DNA of 64,000 nucleotides from Microcoleus sp. (GCA_042408215.1 JAYFMW010000020.1:288001-352000), one strand, 5' to 3'. Positions 21,490 through 31,496 are shown, counted from the first letter of the stretch. The notes: generated by a model not told the origin, from the letters alone. A program made the numbers and translations.

Positions 21490-21533
21490 TTGAGTGCGAG
21501 CTTCTAGCTCGCGAGCTAGAAGCTCGCACTCAA
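21490..21533. repeat. Perfect 44-bp palindrome with no loop
   Basis: TTGAGTGCGAGCTTCTAGCTCG|CGAGCTAGAAGCTCGCACTCAA. Confidence 0.9.
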
Positions 21534-21703
21534 ATGATAACTGATTAACCGGACATGATATTATTGGTTACTTGCTACCAATGCCCAATGCCCGATTCCC
21601 AATGCCCGATTCCCAATTCCCAATTCCCAATTCCCAATTCCCAATTCCCAATTCCCAATGCCCAATTCCCAATTCCCAATTCCCCATTCCCAATATTTTA
21701 AAA

Positions 21704-22564
21704 GTGACAAAAACTACTAACAAAAAAGACGGTAAATCTTCAGACTATCCCTTTGACGGTTTATCTTTAGACGATCGCAATCCCGACTTCATTAAACTTA
21801 TGCTGCCGCTGTGGGAGTGGCTGTACCGCTACTATTTTCGCGTACAAAGCGACGGCTGGCAAAACGTCCCCGCCAGCGGAAAAATGCTGATTGTCGGTTC
21901 TCACAACGGAGGAATGGCGACTCCTGATATGTTTATGTTCCTATACGAATGGTTCCGCAGGTACGGCACGGAACGGTTGGCCTACGGATTGATGCACCCG
22001 ACGGTGTGGAAAGTTTCTCCTGATCTTGCTAGCATGGCAGTTCAGTGCGGTGCAGTCAAGGCGCATCCAAAAATGGCGATCGCAGCTTTGCGAAAAAATG
22101 CGCCAGTTCTCGTCTATCCAGGTGGCGCACAAGATACTTTTCGTCCCTATCACTTGCGACATAAAATTTACTTTGCTGGACGTCAGGGATTTATCAAGTT
22201 AGCGCTGCGAGAAGAAGTGCCAATTGTGCCAATTATTTCTACCGGTTCTCACGATACTTTGATGGTACTTGGAGATTTTTACGAACAAGCAAAGCAATTG
22301 CACTCCTTGGGGATGCCGTGGTTATTGGGTGTCGATCCGGTGGTATTTCCGATATATTTAGGATTACCTTGGGGTGTGGGTATTGGGCCTTTGCCGCATC
22401 TACCTTTGCCGGTGCAAATTCGGACTCGCGTGTGTGCGCCTATTGTATTTGAGAGGTACGGTGCGGAGGCTGCGCGCGATCGAGATTATGTGGATGCTTG
22501 TTTCGATCGAGTTACAACTGAAATGCAATTGGAATTAGATCGTTTAGCCTCGGAAATAGTTTGA
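21704..22564 (+). CDS. Lysophospholipid/glycerol acyltransferase (PlsC/DAGAT-like)
   Basis: GSHNGG..PD, YPGG, GFIKLA motifs; GTG start at 21704 (the upstream ORF extension is translated CCCAATT STRR). Confidence 0.85.
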   Translation: MTKTTNKKDGKSSDYPFDGLSLDDRNPDFIKLMLPLWEWLYRYYFRVQSDGWQNVPASGKMLIVGSHNGGMATPDMFMFLYEWFRRYGTERLAYGLMHPTVWKVSPDLASMAVQCGAVKAHPKMAIAALRKNAPVLVYPGGAQDTFRPYHLRHKIYFAGRQGFIKLALREEVPIVPIISTGSHDTLMVLGDFYEQAKQLHSLGMPWLLGVDPVVFPIYLGLPWGVGIGPLPHLPLPVQIRTRVCAPIVFERYGAEAARDRDYVDACFDRVTTEMQLELDRLASEIV

Positions 22565-22604
22565 ATCAATAAAATAAGGGCGATCGCTGTTTAGGTATGA
22601 TATA

Positions 22605-22917
22605 TAGCATTTCTCAGTTGAGTGAAGTACAGATATAGAGTAGGGACACGGCTCCGTGCCCATTGGTGTGAACTTAAAACTAAAACCTTTGAGAAATCGG
22701 GGTTTTATGCCAAGTCTAGATCCCCCTAAATCCCCCTTAAGAAGGGGGACTTTGAGAAGATTCTTGTCCCCCCCTTCTTAAGGGGGGTTAGGGGGGATCG
22801 GGCTTTAATGTTCAAACAGCAGACAGGTAGTACGTTTGACGTTAAGTTGACACGAAGAAGGGCTCTTGGAGTGTCCCTACTGCCGTATCCTGTATGTCAT
22901 CCGATTGAAAACTGCTA
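22605..22917. mobile_element. Nested element: MITE-A containing a REP hairpin that contains MITE-B
   Basis: TAGCATTTCTCA...TGAAAACTGCTA ends; REP at 22640-22880; MITE-B at 22660-22861. Confidence 0.7.
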
Positions 22918-22969
22918 TAATAGAAATACCTCGACTGAAATCATCCAAAATTAACATTCTGGAAAGCCA

Positions 22970-23581
22970 ATGATTGCCGATCGCACCCACAATTATATCT
23001 CCCCGGAAGAGTATCTGAAGTTAGAAGAACTCAGTCCCCTCAAACATGAGTATATTCAGGGAGAAATCTATGCAAGGGCTGATGCAAATGATGCTCATGT
23101 GACGGTTGCGGGCAACTTATCTGCTCTTTTGAGAAATCATGTTCGGGGTAGCGGCTGTCGTGTTTATATGTCTGACATGAAAGCTAGGATTGAATCTAAG
23201 AATATTTACTACTATCCCGACGTGATGGTAACGTGCGATGAACGGGACAAGGCTTTTCAATCTTTTAAAAGATATCCTTGTTTAATTGTTGAGGTTTTAT
23301 CAAAAGGTACTGAAGGATTCGATCGGGGTGATAAGTTTGCTGACTATCAAGAATTAGAAACGCTTCAAGAGTATGTGTTAATTAGCCAAAAACGTGAGCG
23401 GGTAGAGTGTTTCCGTCGCAATGCTGAAGGGTTGTGGGTTTTGTATTCCTATACTCAAGGCAGCGAAATTCACTTGGCTAGCGTAGATTTTCGCACGGGT
23501 ATTGATGCTATTTATGAGGATGTCATTTTTACTAAGGAAGATTCAGAAGCAGATATTGATGAACTGCGATCTAGGGGATAG
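22970..23581 (+). CDS. Uma2 family (DUF820) putative endonuclease
   Basis: HEYIQGEIY, YYYPDVMV, LIVEVLS, DRGDKF..Y, LQEYVLISQ. Confidence 0.92.
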   Translation: MIADRTHNYISPEEYLKLEELSPLKHEYIQGEIYARADANDAHVTVAGNLSALLRNHVRGSGCRVYMSDMKARIESKNIYYYPDVMVTCDERDKAFQSFKRYPCLIVEVLSKGTEGFDRGDKFADYQELETLQEYVLISQKRERVECFRRNAEGLWVLYSYTQGSEIHLASVDFRTGIDAIYEDVIFTKEDSEADIDELRSRG

Positions 23582-23672
23582 ATTGAAAATGCGATCGCGC
23601 CTCGCTTAGGAAGGGCGCTCTTGATGTAAGGTTATGGTAAACTGAATTGCAAGTATCCTATATAATTAGTTA

Positions 23673-24035
23673 ATGAGTGGCATTAACCGTGAACTAACAC
23701 CAGATCCAAGAACCAGTTTATTTGACAAACATCTTCCAGAAACGCCACAGGTACAAAGACTGCTGAGAAAAGAAGGAAAAGCTCATGTATTTAATGACAG
23801 AGCCACAATGAATTTAGTGATACAAGCTATTATAGATAGAGGAGAGCTTACAGGGATTCAGGATGAAATCGATGACTACGATCGCTACGGGCTATACTTT
23901 GATTATCCTATAGGTTATCAAATCAGATCCGACGACAGTCACATCCCGCTGTATTACGCAGAAATTAAAATCATCAAAGGAACCGATAATTACCATGTTA
24001 TCCCCCGCACAAAACCTCGTCGAACAAATCAATGA
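23673..24035 (+). CDS. Hypothetical protein (DUF6972-like, possible toxin-type domain)
   Basis: Clean 120-aa ORF with DKHLP, HVFND and YHVIPRT motifs; family recalled rather than verified. Confidence 0.6.
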   Translation: MSGINRELTPDPRTSLFDKHLPETPQVQRLLRKEGKAHVFNDRATMNLVIQAIIDRGELTGIQDEIDDYDRYGLYFDYPIGYQIRSDDSHIPLYYAEIKIIKGTDNYHVIPRTKPRRTNQ

Positions 24036-24252
24036 TTGGGACTTTATCGAGTTGTGGGTAGATCCGATTGTTTTCCCGCCTCGGATTCTGATGTTAGTGG
24101 GTGACAAAAATAGTAAGTGTTGTATTTACGATCCATCGGCTAACTACAAACTGCTGTTTTTAAGTTCAAGTTACGATCAGGCTCACTCGTGGCTACTCGA
24201 AGATGAATATGAGCGAGTTGATGGTAGACTTTTAGCCTCGGAAATAGTTTGA
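23995..24252 (+). CDS. Small acidic hypothetical protein coupled to the upstream gene (start uncertain)
   Basis: Overlaps the upstream stop; WLLEDEYERV motif. Confidence 0.55.
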   Translation: MLSPAQNLVEQINDWDFIELWVDPIVFPPRILMLVGDKNSKCCIYDPSANYKLLFLSSSYDQAHSWLLEDEYERVDGRLLASEIV

Positions 24253-24321
24253 ATCAATAAAATAAGGGCGATCGCGCCTTATGTCAGGAAGGGCGATCGC
24301 ACTATCCTCAAACTTCAGTCA

Positions 24322-24720
24322 TTACTTAAATCTTGGAATCCGAATCTGAAAACGCTTGTCATTATTATTTCCTGGTTGCCAGTCCTTATCATCAATAGAT
24401 GATGGCTGATTGCGAATGTTTATCACACAGTGTCGGTTATTAAGGTGTGCCCAGATATGCCAAGTATTCCTTTCAACATTTTCGTTAAAAATTCCTTCCT
24501 GCCTAAGAGCGCGAAAATTTTCTTTACAGGTGAAATCGGCTTGCTCTTGAGTCATACCGGCAAAACCATTTAAACCAGTGATGAAGACAAATTCATGTGC
24601 TTCGTAAGCTATTGCTTCATGATTGCTTTCTTTCCCTAAGTTTATATTCAAACAAATACAAACTGTTGAAAGAAATAGCATGAGTCCCAGCCATTTATTT
24701 CCCAGAGAATGTTTTGCCAT
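24322..24720 (-). CDS. Hypothetical secreted protein
   Basis: Hydrophobic N-terminal signal (WLGLMLFLSTVCICL); G-rich RBS before the ATG at 24720. Confidence 0.6.
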   Translation of the reverse strand: MAKHSLGNKWLGLMLFLSTVCICLNINLGKESNHEAIAYEAHEFVFITGLNGFAGMTQEQADFTCKENFRALRQEGIFNENVERNTWHIWAHLNNRHCVINIRNQPSSIDDKDWQPGNNNDKRFQIRIPRFK

Positions 24721-24861
24721 TGAACCCCCTAAAGTTACTAGCATTAATAAAATGGTTGATTTGGAAACAGAGAAGAGGTGGAAGATATTATAAATTACAC
24801 TAATGCACCTATTCTACCAAACACAATTATATCTCAACCAATATTTTTTTAAAATTTTAAA

Positions 24862-24946
24862 ACGTCATAAAGTGTCATCAATTATTGTTGCTTTTTTAAT
24901 AAAATGTCAGATTTTGTCATCTACGTCATAAAATGTCAGATATAAT
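24862..24946. promoter_or_regulatory. Phased (T/C)GTCA direct repeats ending at a TATAAT -10 box
   Basis: GTCA at 24864, 24874, 24906, 24916, 24925 and 24935; TATAAT at 24941. Confidence 0.55.
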
Positions 24947-24974
24947 CCAGTCATCCCCTACCTTTACTATACCG

Positions 24975-26372
24975 ATGGACGTTCAAGAAGTCTTGAGATT
25001 TGCCGACAACATGGTTTTCGCCAAAACGGGAGAACACTTGGACGATCTGCAAAAAGCTATCCTCCTGGGTGCATGGAAAGGTCAAAAATACTCTCAAATC
25101 GCAGAAACATCATACTGTAGCGAAGGTCATATCAGAAATATCGCATCAAAATTATGGAAGCGTTTATCAAATGTATTAGATGAAGATGTAACTCAATCGA
25201 ATTTACGCTCTGCACTTGAGAGACGACAATTATTCATCGTATCATCAAATTTTGGGAATGATTTTCTACACATTGGTAACGTCAATGTTTGTACAGATAC
25301 CCAACCTCCCGAAGTTCCAAAAGATCGATCGCCCTCAACCCCCACCTCAGACACATCCAAACCCCAAACCAGACTAGACTTAGCAGACGCACCTCATATT
25401 TCATCATTGTCCGATCGCACATCCGAACTCGCCACCCTCGAAAAATGGATCGTCCAACAAAAGTGCAACATCGCAGCAATATTAGGAATAAGCGGCCTTG
25501 GCAAAACCGCACTTTCCCTCCACCTCATCCAAAAAATTCAGCATAACTTTGAATACGTCATCTGGCGAAGTCTCCGCCACTCCCCACCCTTAGAAACCAC
25601 CCTAAAAAATCTCCTAAAATTTCTCTTAAATAAACCAGAAATCGAACTCCCTACCAGCATCCCAGAGCGAATTTCCCTGTTAATGGAATATCTGGGAAAA
25701 AACCGCTGTCTCATTATCCTCGACGACGTGCAAACCATTCTCAGCAGCGGACAACTAGCAGGAAATTACCGCCCAGAATGCGAAAATTACAGCATCCTCT
25801 TCAGACAAATCGGAGAAACAACCCACAACAGTTGCTTAATCCTCAATAGTTGGGAACCTCCCAGAGAAATTACCGCCTTAAAAGGTGAAAATTCACCAGT
25901 TCGCACCTTACAACTCAAAGGCATAAGTGCAACTGCTACCGAAATTTTCCGACAAAAAAGTTTACTCAATCCCGAAAAATGGGAAAACCTAATTAACGCC
26001 TACCGAGGTAATCCATTGTGGTTAAAAATAGTCGCCGCCACCATTCAAGAAATATTCCGAGGAAGGGTTGCAGAATTTTTGAAATATGATATGCTATTCT
26101 TAGGGGAAGAATTGGCAGCAACTTTGCACCCGCAGATAAATCGTTTGTCAGAATTAGAGAAAAAGCTAATCTCCCAGCTCAGCCGCGAAGCAAATTCAGT
26201 TTCCATAGAGCAATTGCTACAAGATGCCGATTTATCGCCCTCGGAGTTATTCGATGGGCTGCAATCTTTGGGTAGGCGATCGCTCGTGGAAACTGAGGAA
26301 CAGGAAAATGAAACTCTATTCAATCTTTGTCCTGTGGTGAGACAATATGTGATCTTAAATCCAGTGAATTAG
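24975..26372 (+). CDS. HTH + NB-ARC (STAND) ATPase without C-terminal sensor repeats
   Basis: N-terminal LDDLQKAIL..W.GQKYSQIAE HTH; Walker A GISGLGKT; Walker B LIILDD; GNPLWL. Start 24975 inferred (ORF opens at 24933). Confidence 0.85.
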   Translation: MDVQEVLRFADNMVFAKTGEHLDDLQKAILLGAWKGQKYSQIAETSYCSEGHIRNIASKLWKRLSNVLDEDVTQSNLRSALERRQLFIVSSNFGNDFLHIGNVNVCTDTQPPEVPKDRSPSTPTSDTSKPQTRLDLADAPHISSLSDRTSELATLEKWIVQQKCNIAAILGISGLGKTALSLHLIQKIQHNFEYVIWRSLRHSPPLETTLKNLLKFLLNKPEIELPTSIPERISLLMEYLGKNRCLIILDDVQTILSSGQLAGNYRPECENYSILFRQIGETTHNSCLILNSWEPPREITALKGENSPVRTLQLKGISATATEIFRQKSLLNPEKWENLINAYRGNPLWLKIVAATIQEIFRGRVAEFLKYDMLFLGEELAATLHPQINRLSELEKKLISQLSREANSVSIEQLLQDADLSPSELFDGLQSLGRRSLVETEEQENETLFNLCPVVRQYVILNPVN

Positions 26373-26401
26373 CCACGATATCTGTAGGGACAGGGAAATG
26401 C

Positions 26402-26640
26402 CCATTGGTGACAACTTAAGACTGAAAGCCTTGGAATCTCTCGTTTTTAGCTGAGTCTAGATCCCCCTAAATCCCCCTTAAGAAGGGGGACTTTGATAAA
26501 TTTTCTTGTCCCCCCCTTAAGAAGGGGGACTTTGATAAATTTTCTTGTCCCCCCCTTCTTAAGGGGGGTTAGGGGGGATCTGGCCTTAATAGTCAAACAG
26601 CATTCTCTGACTGGGTTTGACGTTAAGTTGACACCAATGG
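26402..26640. mobile_element. MITE family B
   Basis: CCATTGGTGACAACTTAA / TTAAGTTGACACCAATGG, flanked by GC, inside a GTAGGGACA REP. Confidence 0.75.
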
Positions 26641-26647
26641 GCATTCT

Positions 26648-26922
26648 CGTTTCCCTACCATTTTGAGGAGACGGCATTGCCGTTTCCCTACCATTTTGAG
26701 GAGACGGAAATGCCGTTTCCCTACCATTTTGAGGAGACGGCAATGCCGTTTCCCTACCATTTTGAGGAGACGGAAATGCCGTTTCCCTACCATTTTGAGG
26801 ACACGGCAATGCCGTTTCCCTACTATTTTGAGGAGACGGAAATGCCGTTTCCCTACCATTTTGAGGAGACGGCAATGCCGTTTCCCTACTATTTTGAGGA
26901 GACGGCATTGCCGTTTCCCTAC
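26648..26922. repeat. Tandem 33-bp REP-hairpin array (~8 copies)
   Basis: Unit CCGTTTCCCTACCATTTTGAGGAGACGGMAATG. Confidence 0.9.
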
Positions 26923-26947
26923 CCGCAGCGATGATTTAATATGAAAT

Positions 26948-27523
26948 ATGAATACTTCTGAACCTTCATTAAATAAAACAGAATTAAGACGATCGCTCCT
27001 TCAAACCCGCAAATCCCTATCACCAGAAGCATGGAGAGAAAAGAGCGATCGCATCTGCAACCACCTACAAAACTCGCCGCTATTCACCCAAGCAAAAACA
27101 GTCCTATCCTACTTCAGTTGTCGCCAAGAACCTGATTTAAGTCTATTATTTACCACCCCTAAAAAATGGGGATTTCCCCGCTGTGTCGGCAAAGACCTCT
27201 CCTGGCACATCTGGCAGCCCGGAGATGCTTTACATACCGGCATCTATGGCATTCTCGAACCACTGCCTGATGCTCCTAAAATAGACCATTCAGAGGTAGA
27301 TTTAATCCTTGTACCAGCCGTAGGTTGCGATTTGCGCGGCTATCGTTTGGGTTACGGCGGCGGCTATTATGACAGAATGTTGAGTAAAGCTGAGTGGGAA
27401 TCAAAAGTTGCGATCGGCATGATCTTTGAATTTGCCTCGATCGCCCAACTCCCTGTTGACTCCTGGGATCAACCGCTGCACGGCATTTGTACAGAAAGCG
27501 GTCATCTAAAATCTACAATCTAA
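26948..27523 (+). CDS. 5-formyltetrahydrofolate cyclo-ligase
   Basis: KTELRR, DLILVPAVG.D.RGYRLGYGGGYYDR. Confidence 0.93.
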   Translation: MNTSEPSLNKTELRRSLLQTRKSLSPEAWREKSDRICNHLQNSPLFTQAKTVLSYFSCRQEPDLSLLFTTPKKWGFPRCVGKDLSWHIWQPGDALHTGIYGILEPLPDAPKIDHSEVDLILVPAVGCDLRGYRLGYGGGYYDRMLSKAEWESKVAIGMIFEFASIAQLPVDSWDQPLHGICTESGHLKSTI

Positions 27524-27536
27524 AATCCAAAATACT

Positions 27537-28310
27537 ATGGCCGCACGCTACGTTCGAGTTCAAACAGCACAAGGACAAATCCATTACGGTTTACTGCAAC
27601 TGAGCCGCAGCGTTCAGGTACTTGATGCACCTCCCTGGTTGAAAGGACAACCCACTGACTTGGAAATCCCACCAGATACTTACCAAATTCTCGCCCCTTG
27701 CTCTCCCAGCAAAATTATAGCCGTCGGCAAAAATTACAGCGACCACGCCGCCGAAATGGGAGGTTCCGTACCTGAAGAACCGCTACTTTTTTTCAAGCCT
27801 CCCACGGCTGTGATTCCCACAGGTAGGGCGATTCGCTATCCGCATCAGTCCGAGAGAGTAGACTACGAGGGAGAATTGGCCCTGGTCATTGGCGAACATT
27901 GCAGTCAGTGCACTCCAGAACAAGCGCAGGGCAAAATTTGGGGTTATACGATCGCCAATGACATCACAGCCAGAGATTTGCAAAAGCGCGACAACCAGTG
28001 GGTGCGGGCGAAAGGTTTCGATACATTTTGTCCCCTTGGGCCTTGGATTGTCCGCGAATTGAGTCCCGCTGCACAATTGCAGACTTTTGTCAATGATAGC
28101 GATCGCCCGGTACAATCCGATCGCATCGATCGCATGGTATTTTCCCCAGATTTTCTCGTCTCTTACATCAGTCAAATCATGACTCTAATTCCCGGTGATG
28201 TAATCCTGACTGGAACCCCGCAAGGAGTAGGGCCGCTGCAAATAGGCGATCGAGTCCGCATTGAAATAGAAGGTATTGGCAGTCTTGAAAATACAGTTAT
28301 TAGTCATTAG
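27537..28310 (+). CDS. Fumarylacetoacetate hydrolase family protein
   Basis: GKNY..HAAE, DYEGEL, NDITARDLQ, KGFDTFCPLGP, GDVILTGTP. Confidence 0.93.
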   Translation: MAARYVRVQTAQGQIHYGLLQLSRSVQVLDAPPWLKGQPTDLEIPPDTYQILAPCSPSKIIAVGKNYSDHAAEMGGSVPEEPLLFFKPPTAVIPTGRAIRYPHQSERVDYEGELALVIGEHCSQCTPEQAQGKIWGYTIANDITARDLQKRDNQWVRAKGFDTFCPLGPWIVRELSPAAQLQTFVNDSDRPVQSDRIDRMVFSPDFLVSYISQIMTLIPGDVILTGTPQGVGPLQIGDRVRIEIEGIGSLENTVISH

Positions 28311-28750
28311 TCATCAGTCATTAGTCATGTTAGTCTGTTAGTTGTTAGTCATTAGTCATTAGTCATTAGTCATGTTAGTTGTTAGTCATTAGTCATCAGT
28401 CATTAGTTGTTAGTCAGCCTTCAATTATTGATTTGAATTATTAGTCAGCCGTCAATTGTGAGTCATTAGTTATTACCAACAACCTAACCAACCTACATTG
28501 GCTTCAAAGACAACTAACTAATGACTGCTAACTAATGACTGCTGACTAATGACTGCTAACTAATGACTGCTGACTAATGACTAATGACTGCTAACTAATG
28601 ACTGCTGACTAATGACTGCTAACTAATGACTGCTGACTAATGACTAATGACTGCTAACTAATGACTGCTAACTAATGACTGCTGACTAATGACTAATGAC
28701 TGCTAACTAATGACTGCTGACTAATGACTGCTGACTAATGACTAATGACT
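28300..28750. repeat. Mirror-oriented STRR arrays, (TAGTCAT)n then (ATGACTA)n, between convergent genes
   Basis: Read directly from the sequence. Confidence 0.85.
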
Positions 28751-29222
28751 ACCGAACCTGCATATAAACCGCATCCGAAATCGGAGGAATCTCTGCATAA
28801 CGTCCCAATGACGATTGAACGATCGCATAAATAAATGCAGCCAAAACGCCCAAAAACACCATGTTATACAAAGTTTGTGCAATAAATGCGATTTGAAAGG
28901 CATTGCGTAAAATCGGCAAAACCAGGCCGCACAACATCAAAACAATGTCTAAAAGAATCGCCTGCATCGCATTAAAGCGAATGAAGTGACTAATGTTTTC
29001 GTTTCTAACCACCCCTAAATACAGGGCAAAGAAAATCACCAAGCTAGCGAAGGGCAAACTATAAATTTGCATCAAGGGAGCTAGGGGTATCAACAACAGT
29101 TGGAGGACAGGAAACTGTCGAAATAGAAACTGGCCAAACGCCAGCCCGTCAATTAGGGGGAGCAAATAAGGCAAACAAGCAAAAATCCGGTCTGAAACAG
29201 TTGTAGAGCCGCGCCAAGTCAT
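28749..29222 (-). CDS. Tic20/Ycf60 family membrane protein
   Basis: DRIFACLPYLLPL, VVRNENISHFIRFNAMQAILLDI, YAEIP.ISDAVYMQ. Confidence 0.9.
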   Translation of the reverse strand: MTWRGSTTVSDRIFACLPYLLPLIDGLAFGQFLFRQFPVLQLLLIPLAPLMQIYSLPFASLVIFFALYLGVVRNENISHFIRFNAMQAILLDIVLMLCGLVLPILRNAFQIAFIAQTLYNMVFLGVLAAFIYAIVQSSLGRYAEIPPISDAVYMQVR

Positions 29223-29282
29223 AATGAACTCTCCTGAGTCGATCGACTAACTATCAATTCCCATTAAATTCAGGATAACGCA

Positions 29283-30631
29283 TTGACACTCCTGGGCCTG
29301 AAGGCGTGAGGATTCTTAGTTCTTAGACCGGACTTAAATCAAGAACATTGCTGCACCCGATCCAGAGATCCAATCTCCCTAAGCGTTTACGATCTTTCTT
29401 GGATCGAAGTTCCGACGTGCCCCGTCGTACCTATCCCGCGATTAAGGATATTAATTGCGGCATTATGATCTCTATCCATCTCGCACCCACACTGACAAGC
29501 ATGGGTTCGAGTGGATAGAGATTTTTTAACGACTTCCCCGCAATTACTGCATTCTTGACTGGTGTATGTAGGATTTACCGCAATGGTAATCCGACCAAAC
29601 ACTTTCCCAAAGTATTCTAAGAACACTCTGAACTGATACCAAGAAGCATCGCTGATTGACTTGGCCAGACAATGATTTTTCACCAGGTTAGACACTCTCA
29701 AATCGACCTAAACTACTACGTCGTTTGACGTGATTACGCACCTTGCCAATTTGATAGCATGGTCTTTACGCTGTCTACTTATTTTGAGATGTCGCTTACC
29801 TAAAATCACTCTGGCTTTGCGGCGATTTGACCCACCCTTGACTTTCCGGCTTACAAGACGCCCGGCACGTTTTAACCGCGTTTCACCTCTACGCAGAAAT
29901 CTAGGGTTAGGAGCCGTTTCGCCATTTGAATCAGTATAAAACTCTTTCAATCCCACATCTAATCCAATTGTTTTTCCTGTCATTGGAGCGGTTTCCAGTC
30001 TATCTACAGAGATGCAAAACTGGACGTAATATCCATCTGCTCGTTTAACCAACCGTACCCGCTTAATTTGGTCTGGTTGATAGAAATTTAAGTCGCGAGT
30101 ACCTTTTAACTTCAGTCTACCAATTCCACACTTATCGGTAAAGGTGATTGATTTCCTATCTTCCGAGAGCTTCCAAGAATTAGTTTTGTACTCAACAGAA
30201 CGACAGTCTTTCTGGAATTTAGGAAACCCAACTTTTTTACCTTTGATGCCTTTTTTAACATTATCGTAAAAGCGGGAAATACTAGCCCATGCTCTTTCTG
30301 CACTAGCCTGCCTGGCCATCGCACCTAACTTATTGGCAAAGTCAAATTCAGACGCCCAAATCGCACAATACTTAGAAAGATCGAGCCAAGATTTAGCGCC
30401 ACCGTCCATCAGTCGTGCGAATCGATTTGTTGCGAATGAATTGACCAATTCTAATCGCTTCATTGACCGCCTGAAACTGACATGGTTTTGCGTAAGCCTT
30501 GAATTCGAGAACAAGCATCTTCTTTTCCTCCTGTTCCTATGATAACACATTTATCATAGGAATGCCTGACTTCCTCTAAAAATATGGAGAAAGTCCCCCT
30601 AGAAGGGAGAGGCTCTAACCCCAATTTTCTG
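29283..30631 (-). mobile_element. IS200/IS605-family (IS1341-type, tnpB only) element
   Basis: Minus strand: target CTAC, left-end hairpin after AGAG, right end GAAT-hairpin-TCAA. Confidence 0.85.
29387..30518 (-). pseudogene. tnpB: TnpB pseudogene
   Basis: MLVLEFKAY start at 30518, GLDVGLK RuvC-I, zinc finger and DRDHNAAINI. Frameshift near 30410; in-frame TAG at 29708-29710 where YEDL (RuvC-II) is expected. Confidence 0.88.
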
Positions 30632-30718
30632 GTAGCAGGGTTTGTGTTCCGACTCGCCCGGCGGAATTTGCCCACTCAGAGCGGAGTAGATTCAGGGGGT
30701 ACTTATATCAAGTCGGGT

Positions 30719-31496
30719 GTGCGATTCGTTTAGCCTAAATGGATAGGTTCTCCTATCCAGGGACGGTTAGCCTGACTCCGCTGCGAGTTAGTGATAACTG
30801 ATTACACTTCTGGGTGAGACGTTAAGTCAAGTCCCAGTCCGCAGGTGCAGCGGTAAAAGCATATCCCCTATTTTGTTAGGTAGCAACTAACAGGATAAAG
30901 CGGGGATAAAAGGCAGAAAGACTCTTAGCCAAATGGAGTAGCTGTCGAGCCAGAACATATGCGTAGCGAAAGCAAAAATGTGTCTGAACCACCGTTATGA
31001 TAGATGGTCAAATGGCTGATAGACCAAGCCAAAAGGCAAGGATAGGGCATAAGCAATTATCGGATTGACTTATCAGCACTGCCCAAAAAACCCGGTGGAA
31101 AGCATTACGCTGTCATGTTCAACCAATGTGTAATCGGAACGAAGTAAAGCTCTCACAGCCCTTAAAAATAAGTAGGTTGCTAGCCGTAAGCTGTGAGTGT
31201 GAGGGATGGTTGCAGAAGCTAAAGCTCTGCTGTAATAGCAGAGATCTGCTGACAGCGCCCGGTGGTGTAAAAGATTGAGACTGAGTAACCCTTTAAAAGC
31301 CTAATGCCACAGAAAAATCTGATGGTGGGATGTAGGGGTAAAAGGAAAACTATCAAGCGGTATAAATCATCTCGTGATGCGATCGTACTGTATCCATAAC
31401 CAGGATTACATCACTCAGGAGCCGTGTGCGGTGAAAGTCGCAAGCACGGTTTTGTAGGAGAGATGGTGGGGGACACTCTGCCATCGACTCTCTAAC
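30719..31496 (+). ncRNA. ORF-less group II intron (IIB / chloroplast-like)
   Basis: 5' GTGCGATTCG; domain V GAGCCGTGTGCGGTGAAAGTCGCAAGCACGGTTT; domain VI hairpin ending AAC; EBS1 ACCCGG (31090) pairs with IBS1 TCGGGT; no RT ORF. Confidence 0.88.

Noticed and set aside
26648..26922. Possible CRISPR array
   Set aside because: The linkers are ~9 bp and nearly identical, there are no unique spacers, and no cas genes are present
29708..29710. Programmed readthrough of the in-frame TAG in tnpB
   Set aside because: The neighbouring catalytic Glu codon is also altered and there is a separate frameshift, so ordinary decay is more likely
30631..30719. tnpB element and group II intron as one composite element
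   Set aside because: Each has its own complete boundaries, they are on opposite strands, and 87 bp of unrelated sequence separates them; independent insertions are more parsimonious
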